DNA of 63,927 bases, the filler included, from Octopus bimaculoides (taxonomy: Eukaryota): assembly GCF_001194135.2 (NCBI RefSeq). It is 5 parts of 5 records of this genome, joined end to end, with 100 filler letters (N's around TTAATTAATTAA, not from the genome) between each part and the next. Parts side by side here need not be neighbours in the genome. Positions count along the whole stretch, not along the records: positions 61,622 to 62,790 come from NW_026400702.1; positions 62,891 to 63,927 come from NC_068983.1; 3 more parts are not named here. One strand, given 5' to 3'. The translations under genes and the position numbers were made by a program. Numbering within the stretch: position 1 is the stretch's first letter; every line of letters starts with the position of its first letter. The notes beneath the pieces were generated by a model. The model had not been told where the DNA came from, ran no database searches, and saw nothing but the letters and a program-made list of their open reading frames with translations. Positions 61,671 to 63,927 of the stretch are shown one piece after another.

Positions 61671-62510
61671 GGAGATAACGATATTAATAGGGTAATTCAT
61701 GTTGCTAACGATGTGAATGTGGGACTACACTACGGAGGTAACGATATTAATGTGGAAATACAACATGGCGATAAGGATATTAATGTCGGAATATATGGAG
61801 ATAAGGATATTACTGTGAGCATACATGGTGATAACGATATTGCTGGGGGGATGCAGCATAGAGATAATGATATTAATGGGAGAATACAGCTAAGAAGTAA
61901 CGCTATTACTGTGGGAATACGGCATGGGGATAAGGATATTAATGTTGGAATACAATATGGATACAACGATATTAATGGGAATACAACATGGTAATGATGC
62001 GAATGTGAGAATACACCATCGAGGTAATAATATTGATAGGAATACAACATGGAGTTAATGATATTAATGTGGAAAAACAACATGGAGATAACGATATTCA
62101 TGTGTGAACACTTGGGGATAATATTAACGAGGGAATAAACATGGGGATAACGTTATTAATGTAAGTATACATGGAGATAGCGATATTATTGAGGGAATAT
62201 ACCATGGAATTAACAATATTAATTGGAATACAACATGGTGTTAATGATATTAGCGTGGAGATAGCATAATTAATGAGAATACAACACGGAGACAACCGAG
62301 TTTAATGTGAAAACACAATATGGAGGTGACAATATTAATGTAGGGATACAACATGGAGATAACGATATTAATGTTGGAATACAAGATGGAGGTGATATTA
62401 ATGTAGGAATACTGCATGGAGACAATATTTATGTAGGAATATTGACATGGAGATAGCATTATTAATACATGTAGAGAACGATATTAATGTGAGAATACAA
62501 AATATAGCCA
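61671..62510 (+). repeat. Degenerate 33-bp tandem repeat (~25 units); plus frame reads (G)DNDINVGIQH
   Basis: Consensus gataacgatattaatgtgggaatacaacatgga; frame open to 61994, frameshifted afterwards. Confidence 0.9.
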
Positions 62511-62749
62511 AGTCACGTTATGGTTCTTAGAAGCGTAACGCTCGAACAGATGAATAGAAAATCAAAAATCGGAATTATCAACCACTGCTCATGCCGCCAC
62601 TTCTATATCTACTACTGCTCTTCTTCCTCCTCCTCCTCCTACTGTTGCATCTGTTGTGGTGGTACTACCACTACTCCCACCACTACCACCCTCACTACCA
62701 CTACTACTACTATTGCTACTACTACTACTACTACTACTACTGCTATTCT

Positions 62750-62790
<41 letters not shown>

Positions 62791-62890
62791 NNNNNNNNNN
62801 NNNNNNNNNNNNNNNNNNNNNNNNNNNNNNNNNNTTAATTAATTAANNNNNNNNNNNNNNNNNNNNNNNNNNNNNNNNNNNNNNNNNNNN
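62791..62890. other. Assembly spacer N44-TTAATTAATTAA-N44
   Basis: Same 100-bp structure. Confidence 0.95.
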
Positions 62891-62933
<43 letters not shown>

Positions 62934-63029
62934 CGGTCTTCTTTCAGTTTCCATCTACCAGATCCACAGTATATAGACACTCTCAAACTTGCCTTCCGTT
63001 GATCATTCTGATTGACAAATAAAATCTTT

Positions 63030-63410
63030 TATCTTTTACTTGTTTCAGACTTCAAGATGGTGCTATACTGGTGAGGCGTCTTGAAGAATTTTCAGTCGAA
63101 TGTATCGATCACAGTACTTACGTTTTAAAAGACTGGTACTTATTCCACCGGTCTCTTTTTACCGAACTGGTAAGTTTCGGGGATATAAACACAACAGCAC
63201 TGGTTGTCAAGGGATGTGGGGACAAACATAGATATAAAGACACACACACACATGCATATATAAAACAGGATTTTTTCAGTTTCCATTTACTAAATTCAGT
63301 CACAAGGCTTTGGTCGGCCCGAGTCTATAGTAGAAGACACTTGCCCAAGGTGCCACGCAATGGGACTGAATCTCGAACCATATAGTTGGAAAGCAAGCGT
63401 CTTATCACAC
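63030..63410 (-). mobile_element. Family B SINE, degenerate
   Basis: Reverse complement of the 3' module and 5' module (gacacttgcccaaggtgccac). Confidence 0.75.
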
Positions 63411-63880
63411 AGATACGATTCTAAATAAGATAAAATTTAATCAATATTATCTTTATTTACATCTGCGAAAACATATGGCTACAATTGTTGGTAAATATCT
63501 TTTAGTGTATAAATTAAATGAAAATATAAATTTATACATGCAATCAAAAGAAAAATAAAAAAAAAAATCAATTCAGACACACATTCGCCATTGTTTTTTG
63601 GTCCTAGTTCCGCCCTGATCAAACAGTTCAATATTCAACGTTATTCCAGCCGTCACCGCCAAGTTTATTTTGTCTACAAACATATTAGCACAGTTTTTGG
63701 GAAAAACTTATCCTTACAAGTCCATACCTAATGCAAAGCAAAAGAATAGCTTTTTTTCTCCTCTCACCCCGTCTTTAGTATCTTCATGCTTTATTGTAGG
63801 GAAGCGCATGGTATTACCATTCTGAAAATCTTGGGCTATATTGATCCAGCGACAACAATTCTGAAACACCATCACACACA

Positions 63881-63927
<47 letters not shown>

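Noticed and set aside
62591-62790. Mucin-like poly-Thr ORF
   Set aside because: (CTA)n/(CCA)n microsatellite running into a scaffold spacer.

Overview
Eukaryotic, AT-rich, repeat-saturated genomic DNA with dense (TA)n/(CA)n/(GA)n/(ATT)n microsatellites and many N gaps. The repeat families look like coleoid cephalopod (Octopus-type) sequence; this is an inference from pattern recognition, not a database result. No intact protein-coding gene, rRNA or CRISPR array is supported, and nearly all listed ORFs are microsatellite, N-gap or antisense artefacts. The window is a mosaic of several tRNA-derived SINE families, LINE remnants (Tx1/L1-like, I-like, CR1, RTE, R4/Dong-like), Penelope-like pieces with hammerhead-like motifs, Tc1/mariner remnants and hairpin MITEs. 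Four 100-bp N44-TTAATTAATTAA-N44 spacers split it into five separately assembled blocks; the 45.0-61.5 kb block is visibly CpG-depleted. The best leads are a canonical TATA/Inr promoter with a 47-nt first exon (minus strand, ~25.6 kb), a non-canonical hammerhead variant in three Penelope tails, a 455-bp near-perfect foldback, a MITE with TTAGGG repeats and an 8-bp TSD, a SINE whose internal microsatellite hosts nested insertions, a 33-bp repeat with coding-like variation, a tRNA-Phe relic with a UUA anticodon, and a signal-peptide micro-ORF whose UAG abuts a splice donor. None of these amounts to a demonstrated new system.
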